Shown here: positions 18,066-27,077 of the stretch, piece after piece
How the letters are laid out: each line of letters opens with the position of its first letter
How positions within the stretch are numbered: the stretch's first letter is position 1
DNA from: Candidatus Brocadiia bacterium
Lineage (GTDB): Bacteria; Planctomycetota; B143-G9
NCBI GenBank assembly: GCA_041648755.1
Contig: JBAZOJ010000002.1
Location: 1-58,288 of the forward strand
Direction of reading: 5' to 3'
Length of the DNA stretch: 58,288 nt
The notes under the pieces: model-generated
Told to the model about the DNA's origin: nothing
Database searches by the model: none
What the model saw: the letters and a program-made list of their open reading frames with translations, nothing else
Position numbers and translations under genes: made by a program

Positions 18066-20021
18066 GTGAGCGAAGGCGATGCGAGCCCAAAGGAAGCATC
18101 TCCCGCGGCTCCCCCGCGTCTGCCTGCGGTAGGGATACTCGTCTTTGCAGCCGTTGGCCTTGTCATTGGCCAGTTGTTTACGCCCGCGGCGTCAAACCCA
18201 TTCTTCCTCGCTGCCTTGCTGGCGGCGTCATTTGCCGCTGTTGTCGGCCTCAAAGGCGCATTGGGGCATCCTTCGTCGCGAGCCACCGCCCTTGTCTGGC
18301 TGGCAGTCAGCCTCCTCATCGCCGGGCTCGCAGCTCGCTCAAACGTAAGCCCTGCCTCACCTCCATCCCAGACCTGCACCGTCAGCGGGGATATTGAGTC
18401 ACTGTTCCAGTCGGAGCGCGGTTCGTACTGCTCCCTTGTAAACGTCAAGTTCGGCGGCATTCCGGCTGACTCTCCAATGAGGGTTGCGTTCGACGTCGCA
18501 GAGGGTGACCTGGCGGTCGGTTGCCGTGTCGAATTCGTTGCGGATGTCGATGCCGACAACCGAGGCTACTTCGCGGAGCGCGTTCTCTTCATCAAATCGG
18601 TCGAGGCAGCCCCTTGGGGTATCGGGCTCGCGCTGGCAGCGGTGAGAGAGCGCATGGGGCTTATGATTCGCAGCAATCTGGATGCGCAATCAGGAGGTCT
18701 TGTCGAGGCGTGCACTTTTGGTACGCGCGGGAATCTCGACGCCGAATGGCGCACGGCCTTTCTGTATTCCGGAAATGGCCATCTGCTGGCCGTAAGCGGC
18801 CTGAACGCGGCTGTCGTGGCCGCCGTCGCCCTATGGATCACAGCGCTACTTCGCCTGTCGCTTTCGATCAGATGGCTGGCCGCGATGCCTTTCATATTCG
18901 CATACCTGCTGCTGGTCGGCTTCAATGCCCCTGCCGTGCGCGCAACGCTCGGGGTGGTAGCTGTCGCGGCAGCGGTGTGGTCCGGGAGGCGGGGTTCAAC
19001 CATTAACGCGCTGGCCGCGGTGGCCGTCGCGATGATGGCCTTCTGGCCGCAGGACGCGGTTCAAGCGCCATTTCTACTTTCCTTTCTTGCCGTGGCGGGC
19101 ATCCTGATACTTGGCGCTCCTCTCGCGAAGGCGGTCGTCGGAGATGTCGGCAAAAGACCCGTAGCCGCGGCGATAAATTGGCTGTCACAGGGCGCGCTCT
19201 ATAGTTTGAGTGCCTGGGCTTTCACCGTGCCGCTGCTGGCCTATTTCTTTGGAAACGTGACGCCTTTGTCTTTTCTGGCGGCCATCCCGACTGTTCCCTT
19301 GTCGGCGGCGCTTGTTCCCGCAGGGCTAATTCTTGTAGTGAGCCACACCGTCACAGGTGGTGCATTCGTTATCTCCGCCCCATCCGCCTGGCTTGCCCAT
19401 GCTATTGCCGCATTGAACAAGGGTTTCGCGGCAATTCCCGGAGGCTTTGAGGTCTGCACACGGCCCCCCGTTCTTGCGACGTGCTTGTGGATTCTGCTCC
19501 TCTTGATCGGGGCAATGCTGCTGTACTTTGGCAGAAAGAGGCTGGCAGCCGCCGCGTTTGCCGCGATCATCGTCATCGCTGTTTTCGAATATCCGCATCC
19601 AAACGGAGTCTTCGAGATAGGGGGCAAAGGTCGGGCGAGACTGGTTGCCGTTGTAAGTGGCGGCAAGGCGGTCGCATTTGATTTCGGGGCCCGGGAAGAA
19701 TGGATAGTCAGGCGACTGTGCCATATGAGTTACATTCCCCCGCCAGCCGCAATTGTGAGAATGGGGCGTTCGGAGAAAGAGGCAAGAGCCTCGGATGGGT
19801 TGTGCCCTGTCTACGAGCCCTATCCGTCCATGCATCCTGGAACAGTCGATTACTCATCCGGGAAAGAACTTATGTGGGGTTCGGTTGTCGCGCATGCCGG
19901 TGCTCCTCAACGGCTTCCATCGGTACTGATGCGATTGGCCCCATCTGCGTTTGCCCCAATGTGGGAGGTGAGGGGCACTCCAAACGGGACCATGGTCTTG
20001 ACTGAGGATCGGAGTGATTGA
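18066..20021 (+). CDS. comEC: ComEC/Rec2-family competence membrane protein with a degenerate C-terminal nuclease remnant
   Basis: Motif SGNGHLLAVSGLN, FNAPAVRA, PFLLSFLAVAG; many TM helices. Confidence 0.85.
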   Translation: MSEGDASPKEASPAAPPRLPAVGILVFAAVGLVIGQLFTPAASNPFFLAALLAASFAAVVGLKGALGHPSSRATALVWLAVSLLIAGLAARSNVSPASPPSQTCTVSGDIESLFQSERGSYCSLVNVKFGGIPADSPMRVAFDVAEGDLAVGCRVEFVADVDADNRGYFAERVLFIKSVEAAPWGIGLALAAVRERMGLMIRSNLDAQSGGLVEACTFGTRGNLDAEWRTAFLYSGNGHLLAVSGLNAAVVAAVALWITALLRLSLSIRWLAAMPFIFAYLLLVGFNAPAVRATLGVVAVAAAVWSGRRGSTINALAAVAVAMMAFWPQDAVQAPFLLSFLAVAGILILGAPLAKAVVGDVGKRPVAAAINWLSQGALYSLSAWAFTVPLLAYFFGNVTPLSFLAAIPTVPLSAALVPAGLILVVSHTVTGGAFVISAPSAWLAHAIAALNKGFAAIPGGFEVCTRPPVLATCLWILLLLIGAMLLYFGRKRLAAAAFAAIIVIAVFEYPHPNGVFEIGGKGRARLVAVVSGGKAVAFDFGAREEWIVRRLCHMSYIPPPAAIVRMGRSEKEARASDGLCPVYEPYPSMHPGTVDYSSGKELMWGSVVAHAGAPQRLPSVLMRLAPSAFAPMWEVRGTPNGTMVLTEDRSD

Positions 20022-20045
20022 AGCACGGCGGAGGGGCCTATTAGG

Positions 20046-20073
20046 TTGAAAGCCGCGTCGCTACGCCTATAAT
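20046..20073 (+). promoter_or_regulatory. sigma70-type promoter of asnS-aspS
   Basis: TTGAAA-16 bp-TATAAT; RBS GGAGGA at 20085-20090. Confidence 0.75.
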
Positions 20074-20093
20074 TCGCGGTTTACGGAGGAGTT

Positions 20094-21389
20094 ATGATAG
20101 ACCTGACCATAGAGAAGATGGCGGCGCATGTCGGAGAGGAAATCCGCCTTAAGGGCTGGATTGCCAACCGCGCGTCCAAGGGCAAGCTGCATTTCATCCA
20201 GATGCGCGACGGGTCTGGTTTCGTACAGTGCGTTGTTTTCGTGAATGACGTCACCCCCGAGGTCTTTGCCCTGTGCGACAAGCTGACCCAGGAGTCATCG
20301 GTAATCATCGAGGGCGTCGTCAAGGAAGATCCTCGCTCGCCTTCGGGTGTGGAACTGACGGTCCGCAACGTAGTACTGGTCTCAAAGAGCGAGGATTTCC
20401 CAATCGCCCCCAAAGACCACGGGACCAGCTTTCTGATGGACAACCGGCACCTTTGGCTGCGGTCGCGCAAGCAGCACGCGATTATGCGTATTCGCTACGA
20501 GATCGAGAAATCCATTATGGAGTACCTCGATTCGGAGGGATTTGTCCGCGTTGACTCGCCGATCCTCACTCCCGCTGCGTGCGAAGGCACGACAACCCTT
20601 TTCGAGCTTGAGTATTTCGATCAGGGCAAGGCGTATCTGACCCAGAGCGGGCAGTTGTACAACGAAGCAAACGCAATGGCCCTCGGCCGGGTGTACTGCT
20701 TCGGGCCGACATTCAGGGCGGAGAAGAGCAAGACCCGCAAACACCTGAACGAATTCTGGATGCTCGAGCCCGAAATGGCCTTTGCCGACTTGGACGAAGT
20801 GATCAGGATCGCTGAAGGCACAGTGGTGTACTGTATCCGCAAGTGCCTTGAGCGCAGGGCGACCGAATTGCGCGCCCTTGAGCGCGACACGGTGTCGCTG
20901 GAGAAGATCAAATCGCCATTTCCAAGGGTAAAGCATGCTGAAGCGGTGAAAATAATCCGTGCAGCGGGTGTGGAAATGGCTGATCGCGAGGATTTCGGCG
21001 CTCCGCAGGAAGAAGCGCTCGGGAAGCACTTCGGGTCTCCGGTGGTAGTAACACACTGGCCCCAGGAGATCAAGGCGTTCTATATGAAGCGCGATTCTCA
21101 GGATCCGAGCGTTGTTCTCGGAGCCGATATTATCGCACCTGAGGGCTATGGAGAAATAGTCGGCGGCTCTCAGCGCGAGGACGACTACGACCTGCTCCTT
21201 GCGAGAATCAAGGCTGACAACCTCCCCGTTGAAGTCTTCAACTGGTACCTGGACCTGAGGAAATACGGGTCCGTCCCGCATGGCGGATTCGGACTCGGGC
21301 TTGAGAGGCTGGTCGCGTGGGTTTGCGGAACGGAACACATACGCCAGTGCATACCGTATCCCAGAACTATCTACAAAATCTACCCGTAA
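20094..21389 (+). CDS. asnS: Asparagine--tRNA ligase
   Basis: OB fold GWIANRASKGKLHFIQMRDG; LTQSGQLY, FGPTFRAEKSKTRKHLNEFWMLEPE, PHGGFGLGLER. Confidence 0.95.
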   Translation: MIDLTIEKMAAHVGEEIRLKGWIANRASKGKLHFIQMRDGSGFVQCVVFVNDVTPEVFALCDKLTQESSVIIEGVVKEDPRSPSGVELTVRNVVLVSKSEDFPIAPKDHGTSFLMDNRHLWLRSRKQHAIMRIRYEIEKSIMEYLDSEGFVRVDSPILTPAACEGTTTLFELEYFDQGKAYLTQSGQLYNEANAMALGRVYCFGPTFRAEKSKTRKHLNEFWMLEPEMAFADLDEVIRIAEGTVVYCIRKCLERRATELRALERDTVSLEKIKSPFPRVKHAEAVKIIRAAGVEMADREDFGAPQEEALGKHFGSPVVVTHWPQEIKAFYMKRDSQDPSVVLGADIIAPEGYGEIVGGSQREDDYDLLLARIKADNLPVEVFNWYLDLRKYGSVPHGGFGLGLERLVAWVCGTEHIRQCIPYPRTIYKIYP

Positions 21390-21398
21390 GAGGCGCAA

Positions 21399-23168
21399 AT
21401 GGAAATGAAACGAACCGCAACCTGCGGCGAACTGAACAAGGCATCGGTCGCTCGCACGGTCGTTCTGAATGGCTGGGTGGATTCCGTTCGTCAGCACGGT
21501 TCCCTGGTCTTCGTTGACCTACGAGACAGGTATGGAATCACGCAAGTCGTCTTCGACGAGGCCAATGGTGAGCAGCTAATAGTCGCTGCCAAGGAACTGA
21601 GGCTCGAGTACTGCATAGCAGTAAAGGGTGTTGTCCGGGCTCGCCCGGAAGGCCTCGTAAATGCCAGCCGTCCGACCGGAGAGGTTGAGGTTCTGGCTAA
21701 TGCACTGCATGTCTTCTCGCGCTCACATCCACTTCCTTTCGTGATCAACGATCCCGAGCCCCCCAGCGAAGATACGAGGATGAAGTACCGTTTCCTCGAT
21801 CTGCGCAGGCCGTATATGCAGGAGGGCATAGAGTTCCGCAGCGAACTGGGCGCGTCGGTGCGCGAGTTCCTCAACTCTGAGGGGTTCTGGGAGATCGAAA
21901 CGCCATTCCTTGCGCGGTCGACGCCTGAGGGTGCACGCGACTACTTAGTGCCAAGCCGGGTCAACGCCGGGAGCTTCTACGCACTGCCTCAATCGCCACA
22001 GCAGTTCAAGCAACTGCTGATGGTTGGCGGCTGCGACAAGTACTTCCAGCTTGCGCGATGCTTCCGCGATGAGGATCTTCGCGCCGACAGGCAGCCTGAG
22101 TTCACGCAGATCGACATTGAAATGGCCTTTGTAGATCGTGACGATATCCTATCCCTTGGCGAGAGGTTGATGGCGTATGCGATGAGGGCAGCCATGGGGA
22201 TCGAAATCAAGTTGCCGATACCTCGGCTCACATATCGCGAGGCAGTCGAGAGATTCGCCTCCGACAAGCCGGATCTGCGCTTTGGGCTCGAAGTCCGGAC
22301 CCTTAACGACCTCATGGCAGGCAGCGAATTCAACGTGTTCAACAACGTTATCGCATCGGGCGGGATTATCAGGGGAATTGTCGCTCCTGGCTGTGCGGCA
22401 TGGTCGCGGAAACAGATTTCCGAGATCGAGACCGTTGCAGTTTCCTCCGGTGTGGGAGGAATGGCGTATCTCAAGCGCGTCGAGCCGCTCCGCTTCGAGG
22501 GCACGCTGGCCAAATTCTTCAACGGCGAGAAGGCCGCGGCCATCGCAGAGAAGCTCGGCGCCAAGGTCGGCGACCTGATGTGCTTCATCGCAGACAAGCC
22601 GACAACCGCGAACGCGGCGATTTCCAACGTCCGCCGATATCTCGGGAAAGTCCTGAAGCTGTATAACCCCAGTGAGATGAACTTCCTGTGGGTGGTTGAC
22701 TTCCCGCTGTTCAGTTGGAACGAGGAAGAAAGCCGTTACGATTCCGAACATCATCCCTTTACCTCTCCGCTTGTTCAGGAACTGAGTTCCTTTGATTGCC
22801 CTCTTGGCGAGATACCGTCTGCCTCGTACGACATGGTTTTCAACGGATCCGAGATCGCTTCGGGCTCGGTGCGTATCCACTCGCCCGAAGTTCAGAAGCG
22901 GGTTTTCGAGATCCTGAAGCTTGATGAGCAGACCATCGCCAGTCGTTTTGGGTTCTTCATTGACGCCCTCGGTTTCGGGACGCCGCCACACGCGGGAATC
23001 GCTTTTGGATTTGACCGGTTGGTGGCCATTTGCCTTGGCCGGGATTCCATCAGGGATGTCATCGCCTTCCCGAAGAATACGAGGGCGGTTGACATGATGA
23101 ACGGCGCGCCGTCAGCAGTTGATGAGAAGCAACTGAGGGATTTGCGGATTCGTATCGAACCGGTTTAG
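21399..23168 (+). CDS. aspS: Aspartate--tRNA ligase (bacterial type with GAD insertion, non-discriminating signature)
   Basis: RTATCGEL, STPEGARDYLVPSR, LPQSPQQFKQLLM, DLRADRQPEFTQID, PPHAGIAFGFDR. Confidence 0.97.
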   Translation: MEMKRTATCGELNKASVARTVVLNGWVDSVRQHGSLVFVDLRDRYGITQVVFDEANGEQLIVAAKELRLEYCIAVKGVVRARPEGLVNASRPTGEVEVLANALHVFSRSHPLPFVINDPEPPSEDTRMKYRFLDLRRPYMQEGIEFRSELGASVREFLNSEGFWEIETPFLARSTPEGARDYLVPSRVNAGSFYALPQSPQQFKQLLMVGGCDKYFQLARCFRDEDLRADRQPEFTQIDIEMAFVDRDDILSLGERLMAYAMRAAMGIEIKLPIPRLTYREAVERFASDKPDLRFGLEVRTLNDLMAGSEFNVFNNVIASGGIIRGIVAPGCAAWSRKQISEIETVAVSSGVGGMAYLKRVEPLRFEGTLAKFFNGEKAAAIAEKLGAKVGDLMCFIADKPTTANAAISNVRRYLGKVLKLYNPSEMNFLWVVDFPLFSWNEEESRYDSEHHPFTSPLVQELSSFDCPLGEIPSASYDMVFNGSEIASGSVRIHSPEVQKRVFEILKLDEQTIASRFGFFIDALGFGTPPHAGIAFGFDRLVAICLGRDSIRDVIAFPKNTRAVDMMNGAPSAVDEKQLRDLRIRIEPV

Positions 23169-23190
23169 CCGGGCAGTTTCGAAAATTCCC

Positions 23191-23218
23191 TTGACTTTCA
23201 GCCCTGTGCGGGTATACT
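23191..23218 (+). promoter_or_regulatory. sigma70-type promoter driving the structured leader and porin 1
   Basis: TTGACT-16 bp-TATACT. Confidence 0.75.
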
Positions 23219-23254
23219 ATCGCATTTTGTGCGCTCTTTTGACAAGCAGCTATT

Positions 23255-23480
23255 CCGCGGAAGGACCAATCAGGCCCAGCGGTGATTCGGGAAGCGGCCC
23301 AGATCCCGTAACGCGTGTAAAGCGCGAACGGGTGCGGCTTGGTGCACCGAGTCATACCTGCGGAGTTCGACGCCGTGATTTGACGGCGCCAGCTCCGTAT
23401 AGGTCGCCACAACGGCAGCCAGCGGCCTGAGTCCGTGAAGGGAGGTGAACTCAGCGAACCGGGGAGTAGTAGCAATAGAA
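23255..23480 (+). ncRNA. Unassigned highly structured RNA (multi-stem junction) in the 5' leader of porin 1
   Basis: Closing stem GGAC/TCAGGCC (23263-23276) with GGCCTGA/GTCC (23424-23434); internal stems CCCGT..ACGGG with a GTAA tetraloop, GCTTGG-TGCA-CCGAGT, ACCT-CGGAGTT..AGCTCCG-AGGT enclosing CGCCGT/ACGGCG, GCC-ACAAC-GGC. Confidence 0.55.
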
Positions 23481-23529
23481 CGTGAACCACTTTCAAGCTT
23501 CTGTGTTACAAAAAAGGAGTCTTAACGAA

Positions 23530-24801
23530 ATGAACCGTATTCTTGCAATCGTCACCGCTTTCGTACTCGTGCTGGGAATGGCCTCTACGGCCCAAGCATC
23601 CGGCACTGATGTTACGGTTGGCGCTGACATCACAGTCCTTGGTACCTACACAGACAACTACGACTTCACCGATGCCAACAAGGATGCTATTTCGTCGCTC
23701 AACGAGTACGTGCACCTCTACATCGACAACTTCTACACCGAAAAGGTGTCGACCCACATCGAACTGTCCCTCGCTTACTACGTTACTGACAAGGACAATG
23801 TTAGCGTTGAACTCGCTCAGGGCTACATCAAGGTTGAAGAGTTCCTGGACAAGAGCATCAACCTGAAGGTTGGTAAGATGAGCGTAAAGTGGCAGCTCCG
23901 CCCGACATGGGGCGCTGGCACCTTCGAGAACATCTATCCTTACGGCATGAACAGCGCATTCGTCATCAACGTCAATGCCCCTGGCTTCAGCTTTGAGTAC
24001 AGCTTCAATGAGAACGTCGCGCTGACCTTGGCTTGGTACAAGCTCCTTGAGGGCTCCGTCGCCGGCGACAATGCCAACGACATCGACCTCTATCTCGTTC
24101 GCTTGGACTACAAGCTTCAGCAGAACAGCAAGTTCTTCGCGGCCTTCTTGTTCTACGATGACCAGTGGGACAAGACCCAGATCAACAAGACCCTCATCGG
24201 CAATATGTGGGTTTTGAACGCTGGTATCGATTACTTCATTCAGGACGAGGCTCTCGAACTGTACGCTGAGTTCGCCTATCAGGCTGGCACCACTTATCCT
24301 GGACAGGCTGACCTCGGCTCCGTCGCGTTCAACCTGGGCGCTGAGTACACCTTCGGTGATCAGCAGTCCACTCCGTACATCGGCCTCGATGTCACCTATT
24401 TCCAGGGCCAGAAGACTGGTACCCCGGGAACGGCTGCATACAATCATTTCGGCGCCGATTTCACCCGTACCCTCATCGCTGAGAACGACAGCAACGTCCT
24501 CTTTGATCCCGCTGTTGTTCCTGGTTGGATGGGCGTCAAGCTGGTGGGCGGCATGAAGAGCGTTATGGACGACAAGATCGCCCTCGACTTCATCTTTGCC
24601 TGGTTCAGTGCTAATGGTGATATGCCCGGCGGCGCTGGCAAGGGACTCGGCTATGAGTTCGATGCCGTCGCTTCCTATCTGTACACAGAAGACCTGGTCT
24701 TCTCGCTGGGCTTCGGCTACTTCAAGGCTGACAAGGACCTCGGCGGCGCAACCACCGACGGCACTTGGCTGGCCATCCTTTCCTGCACGATCACCTTCTA
24801 A
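23530..24801 (+). CDS. Outer-membrane beta-barrel, alginate-export (AlgE)-like family, copy 1; probably highly expressed
   Basis: ATG 23530 after AAGGAG; signal peptide ending AQA; amphipathic strands, GKGLGYEFD, C-terminal Phe (CTITF); strong C-ending codon bias. Confidence 0.75.
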   Translation: MNRILAIVTAFVLVLGMASTAQASGTDVTVGADITVLGTYTDNYDFTDANKDAISSLNEYVHLYIDNFYTEKVSTHIELSLAYYVTDKDNVSVELAQGYIKVEEFLDKSINLKVGKMSVKWQLRPTWGAGTFENIYPYGMNSAFVINVNAPGFSFEYSFNENVALTLAWYKLLEGSVAGDNANDIDLYLVRLDYKLQQNSKFFAAFLFYDDQWDKTQINKTLIGNMWVLNAGIDYFIQDEALELYAEFAYQAGTTYPGQADLGSVAFNLGAEYTFGDQQSTPYIGLDVTYFQGQKTGTPGTAAYNHFGADFTRTLIAENDSNVLFDPAVVPGWMGVKLVGGMKSVMDDKIALDFIFAWFSANGDMPGGAGKGLGYEFDAVASYLYTEDLVFSLGFGYFKADKDLGGATTDGTWLAILSCTITF

Positions 24802-24823
24802 TTCTGTCCGCTTACTGAACGAC

Positions 24824-24857
24824 AAAACCGCGCCGGGAAACCGGCGCGGTTTTTTTT
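24824..24857 (+). terminator. Strong rho-independent terminator
   Basis: AAAACCGCGCCGG-GAAA-CCGGCGCGGTTTT plus T tract. Confidence 0.9.
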
Positions 24858-24988
24858 CGGCAAAAAGTGAACCTGGCTGGGGGATAAGCGAATATAGCGC
24901 AGCGCGAAAGGAAGTGTAACCAAACGCGCGTTTCTTCGTTAAGTCTGTGGAACGCGGGCGGTGGCCTGCTGTGAGAAAGGAAACGACG

Positions 24989-26227
24989 ATGAGGAGAGTT
25001 CTTTTGACTGGATTGATTGTGTTTTCCGTTGCAGCCGTGCTCTGCACGACGTGGAGAACGGCCTGCGCTGCGGGGACGGAAGTTGCTGTTGGTGCGGAGA
25101 TCTACATCAAGTCGGCCTATCAGAACAATGCTGACTTCGACGACAACGCCAAGGATGATGTCGCTTTCACCGTCGAAGAAGTCACGTTGATCATCAAGAA
25201 CAAGTTCACCGAAGAAGTCAGCACTACGCTTGAAATGGAAGCTGCCGTGATCGATTCGGCAAATGGGGCCGTCGAGATGAAGTACGCCTACATTGATGTG
25301 GGCCACTTCTTCACCGAGAATCTGAAGATCAGGATCGGCAAGATCGGCTCGAAGTGGGAACTCAGGAAGAACTACGGCGTGCCGAATGCGTGCAGGGTCT
25401 GCGACTTCGACCTGTCGCTTTTCCCTGACACGAAACCTCTCGGAATCCTGGCCGAGTATGTGTCCGGCGACATTACGGTGAACCTCCTTCGGGGCCAGTA
25501 CCTCGAAGGTTCCGTTGTCGGCAATAACGCCAATGACATCGACGAGTACCTGCTGAGAGTGGAGTACAACACCGGGAAGGGCTACGTGAACGGGTACTTG
25601 CTCTACTGGAATGACAACAACAGCGCTACGCCCATCGACTACTTCACCATCGGTTTTGCCGGTCGGCATGCCGTGGTTGAGGGCAAGATGGGACTGTGGG
25701 CCGACATATCCTACCAGACGGGCAACTCAACCGTTGCCACAGATGAGTTCGGCGCCCTTCGCGCTTGGGTTGGCACGGAAGTTGTCTTCGAATCTGAGAC
25801 AAAACCAATGGTCGGCCTCGACCTGTTCTACTTGCAGGGCGCGAGCGGGAACACCAAGGCCTACACTCAGATCAAGCATGACTTCGACCGCACGCTGATT
25901 GTCGAATCGACCAATTGGATCGGCTTCCTGCCACGGGCCAATCAAGGCTATACAAGCGTACAGGGGCTCGCGGGCCTGCAGAGCATCTTTAAGGGCAAGT
26001 GCGAGGTAATGCTCACGTTCACCTATTTCACCGCCAACGGTGACCTGCCCGCAGGCCAAGGCAAGGGCATAGGAACCGAAGTTGATGGCATCTTCGTGTA
26101 CAACTACATGGAGAACCTGTCCTTCGTTCTCGGAGTGGCCTGGTTTACCCCGGACAAGGACTTTGCCGGAGCCTCGAATCCGGACCCGACAGTGTTGGCG
26201 ATCTTCAACGCCTATCTCGAGTTCTAA
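24989..26227 (+). CDS. Outer-membrane beta-barrel, copy 2 (paralog of 23530-24801)
   Basis: Shared motifs GTEVAVGAEI, NNANDIDEY, DFDRTLIVE, GKGIGTEVD; signal peptide; C-terminal Phe (YLEF). Confidence 0.75.
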   Translation: MRRVLLTGLIVFSVAAVLCTTWRTACAAGTEVAVGAEIYIKSAYQNNADFDDNAKDDVAFTVEEVTLIIKNKFTEEVSTTLEMEAAVIDSANGAVEMKYAYIDVGHFFTENLKIRIGKIGSKWELRKNYGVPNACRVCDFDLSLFPDTKPLGILAEYVSGDITVNLLRGQYLEGSVVGNNANDIDEYLLRVEYNTGKGYVNGYLLYWNDNNSATPIDYFTIGFAGRHAVVEGKMGLWADISYQTGNSTVATDEFGALRAWVGTEVVFESETKPMVGLDLFYLQGASGNTKAYTQIKHDFDRTLIVESTNWIGFLPRANQGYTSVQGLAGLQSIFKGKCEVMLTFTYFTANGDLPAGQGKGIGTEVDGIFVYNYMENLSFVLGVAWFTPDKDFAGASNPDPTVLAIFNAYLEF

Positions 26228-26286
26228 GAGGCGCTTACAGCGGGCTTTCCGAAATTTGCCGCAACGAAGAAAGCGGAGCAAGAACG

Positions 26287-26323
26287 GAAGCCGGACGGGG
26301 CGGGAACGCTTCGTCCGGCTTTC
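26287..26323 (+). terminator. Terminator hairpin after porin 2
   Basis: GAAGCCGGACGGGGCG-GGAA-CGCTTCGTCCGGCTTT. Confidence 0.7.
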
Positions 26324-26331
26324 GGTTTGAG

Positions 26332-26359
26332 TTGACCCTGTATCCAATGGAGGTATACT
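26332..26359 (+). promoter_or_regulatory. sigma70-type promoter
   Basis: TTGACC-16 bp-TATACT, 7 nt before GTG 26367. Confidence 0.65.
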
Positions 26360-26366
26360 CTTAGGC

Positions 26367-27047
26367 GTGGACTTGTCTTCAGACTCGAAGCCATCGATTC
26401 AGGCAGCACACCCAGCGGTCTCCCTCGCGCTGCTCTGGGCGGCTTGCTTGTCGGCTGTTCTGCTGGTCATGGTATCCGGCAGAGGGGTTATGTCCTGGGC
26501 AGGATTCCCGGTGCATCTTGACCAGACATTTGTGATTTTCGGAATAACCGCGATAGCCTTCTTCGCCTACATTCCGCCGCTTTATTTCTCCCCGATGCGC
26601 GAGAAGGAGACCACCACCAGTGTAGGCGATGTTCTTGCCGTTTACATCGTTCTGGCGATGGTCTCTCTCCCCTTTCTCCTCCTGGTTCGCAGGTTCGTTC
26701 CCATTACCAAGGTGCAGATCGGAATGCTGTTGAGCCTTGTCACCGTATGCGGAATTTCGTCCGGCCTGTTCTTCGTCCTTATGCCAAGGCTCCACTTCTT
26801 TTTCTTCACGGCGATCCTGCTGGGGTTTCCCTTCGTCTATCTGTTGTTGTATGATATTTGGGGCATCCAGCCCCTCTATGTTGCCGCGTTGTCTCCATTC
26901 GTGTCGCTCTACTACTCGGGCGGAGCTCCGGGTGCGGAGAATGTGGGCTTTTCCTGGCTCAACATTCTCGTAATCTTTGGCCTGATCTCACTTGTCTGCA
27001 TTGTCTACATACTCCTCGAGGCGAAACCTGAGGAGGAAACGCCGTGA
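26367..27047 (+). CDS. Polytopic membrane protein (about 6 TM helices), function unknown
   Basis: Hydrophobic segments throughout; LSPFVSL motif loosely recalls ABC-2 permeases. Confidence 0.65.
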   Translation: MDLSSDSKPSIQAAHPAVSLALLWAACLSAVLLVMVSGRGVMSWAGFPVHLDQTFVIFGITAIAFFAYIPPLYFSPMREKETTTSVGDVLAVYIVLAMVSLPFLLLVRRFVPITKVQIGMLLSLVTVCGISSGLFFVLMPRLHFFFFTAILLGFPFVYLLLYDIWGIQPLYVAALSPFVSLYYSGGAPGAENVGFSWLNILVIFGLISLVCIVYILLEAKPEEETP

Positions 27048-27077
27048 GCAGCGTCCAACTTGTGTAAAGGGGAAGAT

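Noticed and set aside
23343-23354. GCACCGAGTC resembles the 3' hairpin of the Cas9 tracrRNA
   Set aside because: A 10-nt match is expected by chance; there are no cas genes, array or anti-repeat nearby.
23255-23480. Assignment of the leader RNA to SRP, RNase P, cobalamin, c-di-GMP, c-di-AMP, yybP-ykoY or hammerhead classes
   Set aside because: Only fragments match: AAGCAGC, CGGAAGG and TCAGG occur in the reverse order to SRP; GGGGAGTAG lacks the yybP 3' partner; CTGAGTCCGTGA lacks the hammerhead CUGANGA/GAAA core. No full consensus is present.
23506-25047. 513-aa antisense ORF over porin 1 (also 35112-36644 over atpD, 20382-21497 over asnS, 45852-46910, 52130-53107)
   Set aside because: Shadow ORFs caused by GC-rich, C-ending codon bias on the real strand; no recognisable motifs or translation signals.
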